This document shows positions 1 to 11,959 of a stretch of 42,920 nucleotides of DNA, piece after piece. Source of the stretch: Octopus bimaculoides (lineage: Eukaryota); the NCBI RefSeq assembly GCF_001194135.2, contig NC_068983.1:55800769-55843688 (forward strand), in the 5' to 3' direction. The notes under the pieces were generated by a model that worked only from the letters and a program-made list of their open reading frames with translations, searched no databases and was not told the DNA's origin. Position 1 is the first letter of the stretch; every line of letters starts with the position of its first letter. Position numbers and translations under genes: made by a program.

Positions 1-410
1 GTTTAGAATTTTTGACTAGAACCAATTACTAGCCTGATAGACTTGGCTATGTCAAGATGGATTTTTTATGTATTCTTCCTCCCACTTGGATTTGAAATGT
101 TGCCACAATTATAATATGTCTATTCTACTGTAATTTTCTGCATTTTCCTGCAGCTGAAGATTGCTCTACATATTGCATTTAATGTAATGCTCGCATTACT
201 TAAATAAATGGAGTAGCATGAAACGTGCATAATGCAATCATCTTTGAAATCCGTGTTGCTTATTTTGATTTTTTGATCACCTAGTTTTTTGGAATGGTTT
301 TTGTATAATACCATACCATACTATATTCTGGTGCCTAAACATAAATACCATATTCGATCTTGAATCTAAATCTAAACCTTCTACTGTATATATATATATA
401 TATATATATA

Positions 411-760
411 CCATCATTTAACGTCCGTTGTTCATGGGTTGGACAGTTTGACCAGAGCTGCCAAGCTGGAAGGCCACACCAGACTCCAGTCTGATTTGGC
501 ATGCTTTCTCAGCTGGACATTCTTCCTAATGCCACTCCGAGAGTGTAATGGGTGCTTTTACATGTCATTTGCGTGACAGCAGGTTGCTTTTATGTGCCAC
601 TGGTACAGGTGCCAATTTACATGACACCAGTATCTGTCACAACTCCGATTTTGCTCAGCTTGATGGGTCTTCTTCTCAAGCACGGCATAACACCAAAGAT
701 CTTGGTCATTGCTTCCGTCAGGCCCAACACTCAAAAGGAATTCAGCCACTTTGCCTCCAT
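411..760 (-). mobile_element. SINE-A copy (RTE-type 3' tail ending in (GAT)n)
   Basis: Recurrent family: catcatttaacgtcc...catgggttggac...cagctgga..ccttcctaatgcca..actccgagagtgta..gggtgcttttac; more than 12 copies in the window. Confidence 0.8.
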
Positions 761-774
761 ATGTATATATATTA

Positions 775-846
775 TTGTGTCTGGGGAGAGTCATTCTGTT
801 TTAATGCTTTATTGATTAACACACTCACCGGTTCGCTTTCCACTCA
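775..846 (+). mobile_element. Single arm of the foldback MITE found intact at 41714-41870
   Basis: tgtgtctggggagagtcattct...taacacactcaccggt...tttccactca matches the left arm of 41714-41870. Confidence 0.7.
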
Positions 847-868
847 TCTTTTCAAAAATTTTTGTTGC

Positions 869-925
869 TTCTGGCAACCTCTTCAATAGTCATTGACTCA
901 TTGACTCTTGAAGAAGTTGCCAGAA
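869..925. repeat. 57-bp palindrome (24-nt arms, 9-nt loop)
   Basis: ttctggcaacctcttcaatagtca versus the reverse complement of tgactcttgaagaagttgccagaa: 22/24 match. Confidence 0.8.
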
Positions 926-1639
926 ACAATGTTGATTTGTTTGACTAAAGGTGGTGCTCCAGTATGACTGCAGTCAAATGATTGAAACAAGTAAAAGAAC
1001 ATCGATGAATGCATGTGAAGTAACACATAATTGTAATGTAGCTGTGTACAACCATACATACATACATACAATCCTGCATACAAAATTAGATTTATGCGTA
1101 AGCGTGAGCTACATTATTGTTCTTCTTGTAATCAATTTGTATTGCTACTATTCTTGCTATGTAGTCCAAGGTCAGCATTGACCAAACAGACCTAAGGTTA
1201 AAGCTACAAACACAGACATCCCATCTTTCTGTGTATCAAGGACGGCATTGTGAAATATTCCCTCCTTACATTTTTCTCAAGGTGGGTGTGGTTTCAGAGA
1301 GGACTATCTGGGTGTTAATTTTAGCATGCTGAGCAACCATATAGTGGATTCATCGGTCACTTGAGAATTACAAATCTATTGTTCACAATGTTATTTGTTG
1401 TAATTATTAATAATTCCACCAGAACAGTTGTTTCCGTCTCTTTACAATGGTAGATTTTTGCTATTTGTTCCCCAGACTGATGGTGGTCATTTGATGTTGC
1501 AGTTGCTTGGCTGCAGGCCAAATCTGATCAATATGATCAAAGATATTCCAGCTTACCATTCTATTTATCCAGGCAGGCCTCTTGGAGAAATTTGGCAAGG
1601 AGGAATAATGGAACAGTACAACACACACATACATATCAT

Positions 1640-2255
1640 TTTCATTTTATCTAGTTTCAGCTCATGAGCTGTAGCCATGCTGGGACACCGCCATTTGGTG
1701 TTGCTACACAGTTTTACTTCACAAATTTTACTTCAGGAATTGACATTTGGTGCATGAGAGAGTTTGATGCAGCTGCTCTCATCTGCACCTCCTGCCGTGA
1801 AGTTGGTTCATCTGAGACACCTGACAGGAAGAGGTCCAGCCTCATCTTGAAGACACCTACATTCACCGCATGCAGGTCTCTCAGGTCTTTCAGGAGGATA
1901 TTGAAGAGCTGTGGACCTGTGAAGCCCAGGCTATTGCAGTATCTTGTCCTACATCTTGATGGCAAATTTAGAGTCCTTGGCACTATGCAATGACTTCCAG
2001 GTTCTTTTATTTGTGTAACTTTCGATGCCAAAGTTTGGGACAATTCCTTCGAGGATCTTCCAGATGTATATTATGGCATATCTTTCTCGTCTACGCTCTA
2101 AGGAACAGAGTCTTAATCTCTTGAGTCTTTCCCAATAACCTACATGCTGCATAGAGGCTATCTTCTTCGTGTAGCTTCGTTGGATTGCCTCAAGTTCTGA
2201 GATTAATTTGACACTGGTTGGTGACCATAGCTGAGAGCAATAGTCAAAGTGGCTT

Positions 2256-2256
<1 letters not shown>
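1640..2256 (-). mobile_element. CR1/L2-group LINE 3' fragment (RT C-terminal region plus 3' UTR), frameshifted
   Basis: Minus-strand translation HFDYCSQLWSP...LEAIQRSYTKKI...YWERLKRLRLCSLERRRERYAIIYIWKILEGIVPNFG, continuing after a frameshift as RHCIVP...GPQLFNILLKDLR...FKMRLDLFLSGVSDEP. These motifs are typical of CR1-type RT C-termini; an A-rich tail ends near 1640. Confidence 0.85.
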
Positions 2257-2294
<38 letters not shown>

Positions 2295-2334
2295 GAAGAG
2301 ACCCCCTTTGGTCATGAATGACCATGGGATTGTC

Positions 2335-2525
2335 CCTCCCCACCATCACTTGACAACCGATGTTGGTGTGTTTACGTTCCAGTAACTGAGCGGTTCAGCG
2401 AAAAAGGCCAAAGGAATAAGTACTAGGCTTACAAAGAATAAGTCTTGGGGCTGATTTGTTCGACTAAGGGCACTGCTCCAGTATAGCCACAGTCGAATGA
2501 CTGAAACAAGTAAAAGAATAAAAGA
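2335..2525 (+). mobile_element. SINE-C 3' half
   Basis: caccatcacttgacaaccgatgttggtgtgtttacg...gaataagtactaggcttacaaagaataagtc...gactgaaacaagtaaaagaat. Confidence 0.75.
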
Positions 2526-3291
2526 ATATATTTATTCACTAACAGAAATGAAACTTGGAAAATGAGTTTCTCATTAGTGAGTTAATGAAATAAACTCTTT
2601 GAGTAGTCAAATATTTAAAAATTTTTAGGTCTGCTAAAAATAAAAAAACCATTCAAATAGAAGTGCATCCTAGAAATCAAAGAGTTGAGAATCACTACTG
2701 TAGGGGTGTGATTTATAGCAAAATTGCTTGTTATTTTTAGCAGACGATAGAACCATGCAGAAGCTCACCCCACAGACATTTCATTGCTATTCATTCAGCA
2801 ATGTGGTATTTGTTATTTATTTAACAGACAATCATTTAGACAGTCAATGATTATCATTATCTGTTCACTATGGCAATAGTGTTCTTTTTGTTTTTGCTGT
2901 TTTTTACTTCTTTTCTTTGCATATATTTACTGCAAATATTTTTGACTTTTTGTAGGCATGACATGGTTTGACCTTAACCCTTCATGACTGCAGAAGGATA
3001 CACGAATGGATAATCAATTCCAGTGACCTTTAACACCAGAAAAATCTGTTATCTCTTCTTGATATATAATTGGATCGATGCAATAGAAAGTAAGTTTTCT
3101 GTACAAAAAATACACTGCAATACCTACAGTAGATTTAAACACATGATTCAAAATGCAATAATACATACATATTATAAAGGTACTGTTTTTACAACTGAAT
3201 GCTCTTCCTGTTGCTAACCCTTATCTGATTTCCAAATAAAAGGATCAAAGCAAGTGGGTTTATTGACAGAAGTGACAACAATATTTTTTAT

Positions 3292-3458
3292 GTTTTACTT
3301 GTTTCAGTTATTAGACTGTGGCCATGCTGGGGCACTGCCTTGAAGGAATTGTATCCAAACGAATTGACTTCAGTACTTTTAGTTTTTCAAGCCTGGTACT
3401 TATTCTGTCAGTCAAACACAGAGGACACAAACGCAAACATGCATGCAAACGCACAAAT

Positions 3459-3497
<39 letters not shown>

Positions 3498-3660
3498 TGA
3501 TGGGCTTCTTTCAGTTACCATCTATGGAATCCATTAACAAGGCTTTGGTCAGTGTGAGGCTATAGTAGAAGCAACTTGCCCAAGGTGCCACGCAGAAGGA
3601 CTGAACCCAGAACCATGTGATTGTGAAGCAAACTTCTTACCACAGAGCCACTCCTACACC
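3292..3660 (-). mobile_element. SINE-C full-length (tRNA-like head, CORE-like caccttgggcaagt segment, internal (TG)n, CR1-like tail)
   Basis: Reverse strand reads ggagtggctctgtggtaagaag (A-box-like)...gggttcagtcc (B-box-like)...caccttgggcaagt...tagcctc...aaagccttg; homologous to about 10 other copies. Confidence 0.8.
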
Positions 3661-4524
3661 TAACAGACTTTTGTAGAGAGCAAACATAGACAAATACATA
3701 TATATATAAACCATTTTGAGGTTCATTTTCCCATTTTTCCAAAGGTCAGATAGAGTTTGTTGAGGCAGATTTTCTGCAGTCAGATGCTATTCCTGATGCT
3801 AACCATCACCTGTTTCCAAGTGAGGTAACATTACCCCATGGCCAGACAGATTCTTGCAAAATACTGAAAATAAATGACACTGCTTGTATGACAGAGACTC
3901 TCATTTTAACAACTACAATGTGATGTCAAGACAAAGCTGCAAACATACATTCACCCATACTCTCTTTCACACACACACATGCATGCATGCAAGCACACAC
4001 ATTATGCTGGGCTTCTTTCAGTTTCCATCTTTCAAATCCACTCACAGGGCTTTAGTTGGCCCAGGGCTATAGTAGAAGATACTCATCTAATTTGTACAGT
4101 GGAACTTAACCTGAAACCATATGTTTAAAAAGTGTACTTTTTAACAATACAGCTATGCTGGTTCCATTTTACACACACACACTTATATGTATATATATAT
4201 ATATATGTTGTACTTATGTATGTCATACAGATAAAAGATATCTGTAGTCAAATCCCTTTTTAGACAAGCTTTTAAATTCTCATCCACTAAAGAAATTTTA
4301 GATAAGGAAATTTTATGAGAGAAACAGACATACAACAGAAGCAACACCCAGTTAAAATACACAAACCATACACATACAGTATTCTACACGAAGGAAAAGC
4401 TTCCAGTTACAGAGGGGATGGATACATCATTACAAAAGAATCTCACAAAACAGAACACAATATATTATGATGTTATATATATATATATATCATGCTTAAC
4501 CAGAAACATAATTATCTTTTATCA

Positions 4525-4880
4525 TTTGCTTTATACTTGTTTCAATCATTAGAGTGTGGCCAGGCTGGGGTATTGCCTTGAAAAATATTTCATTTTTTTA
4601 AAAACCTGGCATCTATTTTATTAGTATCATTTTTTGAACTGCTAAGCTGTGGAGATGTAAACATACCACAAGCAATGGTGGGGGGCAAATACAGTCACAA
4701 AGACACATATGTATATGTATATGTGACAAGCTTCTTTCAGTTTCTGCCTACCAAATACACTTACAAGGCTTTGATTAGTACAAGGCTATAGTAAAAAACA
4801 CTTGCCCAAAGTGCCACAGAGTGGGACTGAACCCGGAATCATATGGTTGGGAAGCAAGCTTCTTACTATGCAGCTATGCT
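4525..4880 (-). mobile_element. SINE-C copy, CpG-decayed
   Basis: Same head, core and tail order as 3292-3660. Confidence 0.7.
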
Positions 4881-5079
4881 TGCATCTATTAGAATCTACT
4901 ACAAAAATAACAAACTGAAAATCTCCCTCTATGCTGTGATGCTGAGGATGTTCTGATACTCGATGTCTAACATGCTGGTTCTGGGCCAAATTGCAGTATT
5001 TGATCAGTCAATGATTTAGCTATGATTTATCCCATTTTAATTGTAGGACATGTTCTAAGATTTTACCAATTGGAGTATA

Positions 5080-5620
5080 AAACATCAATTGGCTACAAGC
5101 CAAAGGGCCACAAAAAATCCATGCTGGGAATATTATTAAGAGAGCCTATTCAAAATGAGATAATTCAAGAATGGAAAAGAGTGAACTATGTACCGTATTT
5201 TAACATGTATAAGGAATGCTCATGTATAAGGAACCCCCTAATTTCTGGGGCTTAAAATCTGGAAAAAGGTTTTGTAAGGGATTATAATACCATCCATGTA
5301 TAAGAAACTCCCATATTTTTTTAACCTAATTTTTGACAAAAAAGGGTTCCTTATACACAATAATTTACGGTAATTGTAGAATACCAAAAGCACAAATTCC
5401 AATGGGGTTAGACATATCACAAGGGTCATAGACAACAGGTGGACCTGTGCAGTTGCCAATTGGTATCCAAGAGACTGGAAAAGGCCCCTTGGAAGGCCTC
5501 CACAACAATGAGACGATGGTTTGGTCAAGCTGGGAAAGAATGGCACAATCAAAACAAAATTGGAAGTGCATTGTGATCAGTGTTGTAAAACAGCATCTAA
5601 TGGCCTGGTTGATACTGTGA
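5080..5620 (+). mobile_element. RTE-clade LINE 3' fragment, interrupted by a MITE
   Basis: With frameshifts and the MITE removed it reads LATSQRA..SMLGILLREPIQNEIIQEWKRVNYV|IVEYQKHKFQW..HITRVIDNRWTCAVANWYPRDWKRPLGRP, matching the RTE C-terminal pattern WAGH.R..DNRWT...WYPR..KRP.GRP. Confidence 0.8.
5193..5370. mobile_element. Tc2/pogo-type (Tc1-mariner superfamily) MITE, 178 bp
   Basis: Imperfect TIRs CCGTATTTTAACATGTATAAGGAA ... TTCCTTATACACAATAATTTACGG, flanked by TA at 5191-5192 and 5371-5372; removing it restores the RTE frame. Confidence 0.8.
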
Positions 5621-5644
5621 TATTGTGATTTTAAAGATGGTTCA

Positions 5645-5958
5645 AATTTGTGCTGGTGGCACGTGAAAAAGTATTCAAGTGAGGTTGTTGCCAATGGACT
5701 GGCTCCTGTGAAGGCGGCACATAAAAAACACCATTTGAGCGTGGCCGTTGCCAGTACTGCCTGACTGGCCCTTGTGCCGGTGGCACATAAAAGCACCCAC
5801 TACACTGTTAGAGCGGTTGGTGTTAGGAAGGGCATCTAGCTGTAGAAACTCTGCCAAATCAGATTGGAGCCTGGTGCAGCCATCTGGTTCATCAGTCCTT
5901 AGTCAAATCATCCAACTCATGCCAGCATGGAAAGCAGACGTTAAACGATGATGATGAT
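5645..5958 (+). mobile_element. SINE-A copy with about 2.5 internal ~63-nt units
   Basis: gtgccggtggcacataaaagcacccactacac...aggaagggcatctagctgtagaaac...gcatggaaagcagacgttaaacgatgatgatg. Confidence 0.85.
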
Positions 5959-6572
5959 GTTGACGTTGAACTGTTAACCTGAGAATGTCAACAGACAAAA
6001 GCTCCTTCATTAGACCAATAATATCTCTTCAAACCATCAAGTAGTCNNNNNNNNNNAAAAAAAAAAAAAAAAAAAAGAAAAAAAAAAGAATTCAAGCATT
6101 ATTCAACATATGACTCTTTCACAGAATATCTTCAGAATTCACCAACCAAAATTACAATAACAAATAAGAAGCACCACCACCACCAGCTCCATTCTACCAA
6201 TAATTATTGCCATATTCTTTGCAATTTTCTTTTCACGAAATATTGTAACACTTTTGTGATATTCATTCAAAGTGTTTCCTCCTTCATTCAAAAATTCTAC
6301 ATGTCACTTTTTGGCAATTATGTATTTTTCAGATATTCACTACATATTTTTCTAGGTTGCCTACAATAGAAGGAATAATCTTTATCGAAGCAATACTTAT
6401 TATTACTATTTACATCCTAATCTGAGAGCCTTTCCTGCCAAGTCATTCAGTCACAAAGTAAAGTTAGAGTACAAGAAGTAAGGGTGGAGTACACAATGTA
6501 TTAAATAACAAACCTTTCGTTTAGTCTTAAAAATATAACTTGTTCTTTTAATTTAATTTTTACAATAAATAC

Positions 6573-6576
<4 letters not shown>

Positions 6577-6622
<46 letters not shown>

Positions 6623-6937
6623 NNNNNNNNNNNNNNNNNNNNNNNNNNNNNNNNNNNNNNNNNNNNNNNNNNNNNNNNNNNNNNNNNNNNNNNNNNNNNN
6701 NNNNNNNNNNNNNNNNNNNNNNNNNNNNNNNNNNNNNNNNNNNNNNNNNNNNNNNNNNNNNNNNNNNNNNNNNNNNNNNNNNNNNNNNNNNNNNNNNNNN
6801 NNNNNNNNNNNNNNNNNNNNNNNNNNNNNNNNNNNNNNNNNNNNNNNNNNNNNNNNNNNNNNNNNNNNNNNNNNNNNNNNNNNNNNNNNNNNNNNNNNNN
6901 NNNNNNNNNNNNNNNNNNNNNNNNNNNNNNNNNNNNN

Positions 6938-6982
<45 letters not shown>

Positions 6983-7002
6983 ATATACATACATATATAC
7001 AT

Positions 7003-7034
<32 letters not shown>

Positions 7035-7060
7035 CACATACATATATATACATACATACA
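6577..7060. repeat. (TG)n / N-gap (6623-6937) / (TA)n compound microsatellite
   Basis: Read directly from sequence. Confidence 0.95.
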
Positions 7061-7169
7061 GTCAAATTGTCCAACCCATGCCAGCATGGAAAGCAGACAA
7101 TAAACGATGATGATGATGATGACATACATAAATATATATATATACATATATATGTATACAGACAGACAG

Positions 7170-7437
7170 ACAGTGGCCCTTGTGCAGGTGGCACGTAAAA
7201 TACACCATTTCGAACGTGGCTGTTGCCAGTACCTCCTGACTGGCCTTCGTGCCGGTGGCACATAAAATCACCCACTACACTCTGGGAGTGGTTGGCGTTA
7301 GGAAGGGCATCCAGCTGTAGAAACTCTGCCAGATCAGATTGGAGCCTGGTGCAGCCATCTGGTGCAGCCAGTCCTCAGTCAAATCGTCCAACCCATGCCA
7401 GCATGGAAAGTGGACATTAAACGATGATGATGATGAT
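7170..7437 (+). mobile_element. SINE-A copy, followed by a (GATA/GACA)n tetranucleotide repeat
   Basis: Family homology; (GAT)n tail at about 7423-7437. Confidence 0.85.
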
Positions 7438-7841
7438 AGATAGATAGACAAATAGAAAGATGGACAGATAGAAAGATTTACAGATAGATAGATAGAAAGA
7501 CAGACAGACGGACAGACAGATAGAAAAACAGATGGACAGATACTTGTATAATTTAATAAGTACAGAATTTAAATGTGACGTACGATTATAAGTTTCATAC
7601 TCAGACCAGTAACTGATCAGACTTGTATAGCATGCTATGTACACTTATTGTGTTTTTTTCTTTTGTTTGTTTCTTTTTTTGCAAGCTTAACCGATTGCAA
7701 GATAGTACATAACACAATACACAAGCGTTTCTGGTTACTATAGTCTGAGCATAAAGCTTTTAGTAGCACTATTAAATGATATTTATCTCATGTTGGATGG
7801 AATACTTTTTTGTCTGATCCTACCAATAATGGAACAGTACA

Positions 7842-7880
<39 letters not shown>

Positions 7881-7881
<1 letters not shown>

Positions 7882-8215
7882 GAGGAAGAGACCCCCTTTG
7901 GTCATGAATGACCATGGGATTGCACCTAGAAAGTTACCCTCTGAGGCACAATTTTGGCAAGGGTTTTTTTTATAGAAGTCCAACAGTTGCCCATGCATAC
8001 CAGCCTCCCCTCTCCACACCACCAGTGTTATCCAAGGGAAAGGCAAAAGGGGCCGATACAGCTTGGCACCAATGACGTTGCAACTCATTTGGAGCAAATG
8101 TGAAATGAAGTGTCTTGCTCAAGAACACAACAAACAGCCTGGTCTGGGAATCGAACTGACTACCTCATGATTTTGAACCCGACACTCTAACACCACTGAG
8201 CCATTCACCTTCACA
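7881..8215 (-). mobile_element. SINE-E full-length (tRNA head, CORE-like tgttcttgagcaagacactt segment)
   Basis: Reverse strand gtgaaggtgaatggctcagtggtgttagagtgtcggg...gagttcgattcccagacc...tgttcttgagcaagacactt; homologous to 29405-29730. Confidence 0.8.
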
Positions 8216-8584
8216 CATATATACATATATATATATATACACACACACACACATGCATATATACACACACACACATATCTACACACACAACATATATAAA
8301 CACACACACACATATATATATATACACACACACATANNNNNNNNNNNNNNNNNNNNNNNNNNNNNNNNNNNNNNNNNNNNNNNNNNNNNNNNNNNNNNNN
8401 NNNNNNNNNNNNNNNNNNNNNNNNNNNNNNNNNNNNNNNNNNNNNNNNNNNNNNNNNNNNNNNNNNNNNNNNNNNNNNNNNNNNNNNNNNNNNNNNNNNN
8501 NNNNNNNNNNNNNNNNNNNNNNNNNNNNNNNNNNNNNNNNNNNNNNNNNNNNATATATATATATACATTCATGTATGTATATAT

Positions 8585-8682
8585 GTACCAGGCACGTGCT
8601 GTGAGTAATTACTCAGGGTAGGCAGATGGTGACGTTTATGTAGCAAAACACAAAAAAATAAGTGAAACACCGTCTGAATGTG
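8585..8682 (-). mobile_element. Fragment of an unclassified (TA)n-associated interspersed repeat
   Basis: Reverse complement matches gtgtttcacttattttt...ctacataaa...ccctgagtaattact...gcctg in 14335-14615 and 38275-38562. Confidence 0.6.
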
Positions 8683-8985
8683 GCCGATTCCAGCGCCACG
8701 TTGATTAGCTTCCATGCTGGTGGCACATAAAAAGCACCATTCGATCGTGGTCTATGCCAGCTCCCTCTGGCCTTTGTGCCGGTGGCACATAGTAAAAACA
8801 TCCACTACACTCTTGGAGTGGTTGGCGTTAGGAAGGGCATCCAGCTGTAGAAACTCTGCCAGATCAGATTGGGGTCTGGTGCAGCCTCCTGGCTTCCCAG
8901 ACCCCAGTTGAACCGTCCAACCCATGCCAGCATGGAAAACGGATGTTAAACAATGATGATGATGAGGGTGATGCTGATACATAGG
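8683..8985 (+). mobile_element. SINE-A copy
   Basis: Family homology, (GAT)n tail. Confidence 0.85.
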
Positions 8986-9396
8986 TTTAATGACCCTGAT
9001 GACATTTCTTAGCTACAGCCTGTCTGTTTCCTTGCACTTCCTCATAGCAAGTTGTGGCTATAAGCGAATTAAGATTACTATTTGAAACTATGGAGTTATT
9101 ACATCATCATCATTTAACGTCCGATTTCCATGCTAGCATGGGTTGGACGATTACAGCTCTTTGTTTCTTGTATGTCCATTATTCTGCAGATTTCCCTATA
9201 AACTTGTGTTCTTTTTAAAATTATCACTTATTCAATGAGTAATTTGTTTGATGTGTCATCATCAAGGTTTTACCTCACCTGTTTAAAATTATACCTGAAG
9301 AATGTAGATTTATGCTATGATGTAATCTATGAATGCATCACTAAACTTCTATTGAAACAGCCATCTTAAGTTTTAAACCCCATTTGTGTTCTACTG

Positions 9397-9435
<39 letters not shown>

Positions 9436-9680
9436 AGACACACACACACACACACACACATTTCACAAATGTGAACTCACATCTCACAAGACAAGACATA
9501 CATATAGACACCCACTCACACGGGTCAAGACGGTCTAATATTCCAATAATCATACCATGCTTTAGTTTCAGCACAACTGGCAGAATTCCCAGCAGAGTCA
9601 ATGTACTATTTTCAGAACTCTTTTCTAAACATACATAACTGTGGTTATGCATTATGTCTATTGAACATTATATAATATAT

Positions 9681-10064
9681 AAAGGCGGTTGGCAGAAACA
9701 TTAGCACGCTTGGTGAAATGCTGAGTGGTGTTTCATCTGTCTTTATGTTCTGAGATCAAATTCTGCCGAGGTCAACTTTGCCTTTCATCCTTTCGGGGTC
9801 AATAAATTAAGTACCAGTTGCATACTGGCGTTGATCTAATTGTCTATCCCCTCCCCAAAACCTTCATGCTTTGTGTCTAGAGTAGAAAAGAATATATTTC
9901 ATGCCTACATGATGATTATCTTTAGGGCAGTAAGCTAGCAGAATAGTTAGCATGCCAGGTAAAATTAGCGGTATTTCATCTGCCGTTATGTCCCGAGTTC
10001 AAATTCTGCCGAGGTCAACTTTGCCTTTCATCCTTTCGGGGTTGATTAAATAAGTACCAGTTAC
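9681..10064 (+). mobile_element. Two adjacent SINE-B copies (tRNA head plus conserved central domain); the second is cut by the gap at 10065-10741
   Basis: ggcagaaacattagcacg...gagttcaaattctgccgaggtcaactttgcctttcatcctttcggggtcaataaattaagtaccagtt. The central segment resembles, from memory, the Meta/MESC domain of mollusc SINEs (needs alignment). Confidence 0.8.
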
Positions 10065-10890
10065 NNNNNNNNNNNNNNNNNNNNNNNNNNNNNNNNNNNN
10101 NNNNNNNNNNNNNNNNNNNNNNNNNNNNNNNNNNNNNNNNNNNNNNNNNNNNNNNNNNNNNNNNNNNNNNNNNNNNNNNNNNNNNNNNNNNNNNNNNNNN
10201 NNNNNNNNNNNNNNNNNNNNNNNNNNNNNNNNNNNNNNNNNNNNNNNNNNNNNNNNNNNNNNNNNNNNNNNNNNNNNNNNNNNNNNNNNNNNNNNNNNNN
10301 NNNNNNNNNNNNNNNNNNNNNNNNNNNNNNNNNNNNNNNNNNNNNNNNNNNNNNNNNNNNNNNNNNNNNNNNNNNNNNNNNNNNNNNNNNNNNNNNNNNN
10401 NNNNNNNNNNNNNNNNNNNNNNNNNNNNNNNNNNNNNNNNNNNNNNNNNNNNNNNNNNNNNNNNNNNNNNNNNNNNNNNNNNNNNNNNNNNNNNNNNNNN
10501 NNNNNNNNNNNNNNNNNNNNNNNNNNNNNNNNNNNNNNNNNNNNNNNNNNNNNNNNNNNNNNNNNNNNNNNNNNNNNNNNNNNNNNNNNNNNNNNNNNNN
10601 NNNNNNNNNNNNNNNNNNNNNNNNNNNNNNNNNNNNNNNNNNNNNNNNNNNNNNNNNNNNNNNNNNNNNNNNNNNNNNNNNNNNNNNNNNNNNNNNNNNN
10701 NNNNNNNNNNNNNNNNNNNNNNNNNNNNNNNNNNNNNNNNNTTTTTGTCATGAAGTACAAGTGGAAATCTGCAGTATGAGCACACAAATTGTCGCATCTT
10801 TAAGGTAATTCAGTTCATAAAACCAGTTTACATATTTTTTTAGGATTCTCTTTTTTATAATTGTCATTTTACTTGTAACTACACCTTTTC

Positions 10891-11044
10891 TGTTCTATAT
10901 TTATGAAATGAGGAATTATGTACATTATTTCCATTATTTACATTGAAGGATATTTGTCCTCATCTTGTTTGTTGCTAACACAACATTTCGGCTGATATAC
11001 CCTTCACCCTTCATCATTCCCTAAGATACCTGATGAAGGCTGAG
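10891..11044 (-). mobile_element. Hammerhead-bearing short repeat (Penelope/retrozyme-like), copy 1, ending in a short inverted segment
   Basis: Shares gttctatattt...tgaggaattat...gatatttgtcctcatcttgtttgttg.taacacaac.ttt.ggctgatatacc with 35055-35181; 11021-11042 is an inverted copy of cagccttcatcaggtgtc. Confidence 0.7.
10977..11017 (-). ncRNA. Degenerate minimal hammerhead ribozyme motif
   Basis: UGAUGA-A-GGGUG-AAGGGUAUAU-CAGCC-GAAA-U-GUU-GUGUU; C3 and the 5' strand of helix I are lost. Confidence 0.45.
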
Positions 11045-11384
11045 TAGAACAGGAATCAAAAGGATCCATCGGTTAAACAAAATGGTAAAGAACCATTGAT
11101 ATAAACTATATAGTGACTGCATATGAGATGCTGTTTGTCCCTGTTGTTGAATTCATCTGGGCAAGTGTAAGAATTTACTACAAAAAATTTCCCACATTGG
11201 GGACACAGTAACTTTCTAACCAAGGAACTCCACTTCAATTTTTGTAATTTATATGAAGGGATTGATTTATTTGTGGTCACTGCAAAAATGTGACCTATCT
11301 CTTGTTTTAAGTTTTCAATATTGAATTTTATAGTTTACTAACTGAAGAAAGATAAACAAAACAAATAAGTTTTATATGCAGAAT

Positions 11385-11685
11385 CAATGGCGGATTGGCC
11401 AGGTTGCCAGCTTGCCCAATGGCAAGTGGGCCCCTGTTCCATTAGAATCCATATATGTCGGCCCATGTTAGTATCTAAGGGAGCCCATCCCCTCAAATTT
11501 GAGAATTTTTTAATTCACTCCTGGAAGAATGCATTAATTATTTCAGCCTAGCATCGTTTGTAGACAGTTGAAAAGAATACTTTTAACACGATAAATAAGT
11601 AAATAAATAAATGATAACATTGTAGTTACGGGTGGGCCCCCTTAGTCTCCTGGCAACCAATAATTTTAGACCCAGGCCACCACTG
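11385..11685. mobile_element. hAT-type MITE, 301 bp
   Basis: Perfect 8-bp TSD TGCAGAAT at 11377-11384 and 11686-11693; imperfect TIRs CAATGGCGGATTGG / CCAGGCCACCACTG; subterminal GGGCCCC motifs. Confidence 0.85.
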
Positions 11686-11959
11686 TGCAGAATCTTATAT
11701 TCAATAAAGTCAGCAGGCCTAATGATATAAAGCCCACAGACCATACATAACTTGCTACCTCCTGATCTAAAGCATTTGCTTCATAACCCCTTGATATAGT
11801 CCAGATCTGTGATCCTCAACTGGGGTTCATAAGACCTTTAGGGATCCTTATAAGATTTTGTTGTTAAAATTCATATGCAATAAACTGGTTTAGCTTCTAC
11901 AATACACAAAATATCTTAATTTTTTTTATGTATTTCCTGATATTTTATTATAAAAATAG

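Noticed and set aside
120-314. Minus-strand 64-aa ORF and a plus-strand acceptor at about 153
   Set aside because: No recognisable motif
2956-3089. Strong acceptor and GTAAGT donor pair
   Set aside because: Stops occur in all three frames, and the start resembles a decayed SINE-A fragment
11056-11280. ORF containing CPQCGKFF, resembling a C2H2 zinc finger
   Set aside because: The histidines are not at C2H2 spacing, there is a single unit and no TGEKP linker, and splice signals are ambiguous
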